From NCBI GenBank assembly GCA_028534125.1, contig CM052828.1:39804001-39868000 (forward strand): a stretch of 64,000 bases of DNA, in the 5' to 3' direction. Below, one piece after another: positions 63,458-64,000 of this stretch (positions within the stretch are counted from its first letter, which is position 1; each line of letters opens with the position of its first letter). The position numbers and the translations under genes are program-made. The DNA is from Lama glama (taxonomy: Eukaryota). The notes under the pieces are model-generated. The model ran no database searches. It saw only the letters and a program-made list of their open reading frames with translations, and was not told the DNA's origin.

Positions 63458-63898
63458 TAGAATAATCCATGTGGTAACAGATTGGAGTTAGATACATGAG
63501 TATAAATACACATTTAGCTTAAATATTGAACAGACAGTTCCATGCATATGTATGTATGTATATACACACACACATATCTTTCCTTACCCTGTCAACTGAG
63601 ACCATCTAGAATCAACTATATCCAGTAACAATGAGCATACTTAGAACCCAGATCTTAGCTTCTATTATCATTTTCCAATAAAAGAAACCAAGAACAAGAT
63701 ATATATTTCTATACATATAGCCACATTTATGAGGAATGGGGGGGGGGAGTATGTCAAAGGAACACAGGAACCAATTGAAAGAGCTCTTAATAATGAAGAC
63801 CGGAAAATATTGAGCAAAAAAATAAAGTAGTATTGGATTATAATGCAGAGTAAAAAATAAGTAGCTATGAGTCCATACTGAATGAATGGATAAATATG

Positions 63899-63900
<2 letters not shown>

Positions 63901-63968
<68 letters not shown>
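63901..63968. repeat. (GATA)17 tetranucleotide microsatellite
   Basis: Uninterrupted gata repeats; explains the LSIY-repeat ORF 63612-63992. Confidence 0.97.
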
Positions 63969-63969
<1 letters not shown>

Positions 63970-64000
63970 AGGAGAAAAGACAAATCTTCCATGCAGGAGA

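Larger units (their letters stand above)
62235..64000 (+). mobile_element. Old L1 (L1MC/MD type) ORF2 end plus long 3'UTR
   Basis: ggaaatgcaaattaaaacaacgag...atatgatccagcaatcacactcctaggtattt...aactggaagcaaccaagatgtc...gagcatacttagaacccagatcttagcttcta...caaaggaacacaggaaccaattgaaagagctc. Confidence 0.85.

Noticed and set aside
306-63992. The roughly 190 supplied ORFs as intact single-exon genes
   Set aside because: All are short (at most 175 aa, the longest spanning N gaps), many start at non-ATG codons, and they overlap repeats or have random-like composition; none matches a protein family I recognise

Overview
Mammalian nuclear DNA, almost certainly camelid (alpaca/camel group). This is inferred from three tRNA-Ala-derived Vic-1-type SINEs and lineage-type L1 3' ends. 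The window is AT-rich, CpG-poor and has four N gaps. It is dominated by interspersed repeats: MIR, L2, old and younger L1, MaLR/ERVL LTRs, hAT-Charlie MER elements and microsatellites. Several repeats are nested, with readable target-site duplications (TSDs). I recognise no protein-coding gene, RNA gene, NUMT or endogenous viral ORF, and the supplied ORFs look like chance, repeat-derived or gap-spanning ORFs. The window is best read as a large intron or intergenic region. The most interesting signals lie in the repeat-free blocks. These are several splice-competent modules: a 36-nt + strand micro-exon candidate at 7150-7185 and - strand terminal-exon candidates at 4360-4556, 5155-5327 and 13543-13610. 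There are also local CpG-retaining patches that may be regulatory, a perfect 57-bp tandem duplication inside an ancient L2, and a nested inverted repeat. None of this amounts to a demonstrated new biological system. Repeat family names are from memory of consensus sequences and need RepeatMasker/Dfam confirmation. Boundaries of old repeats are approximate.
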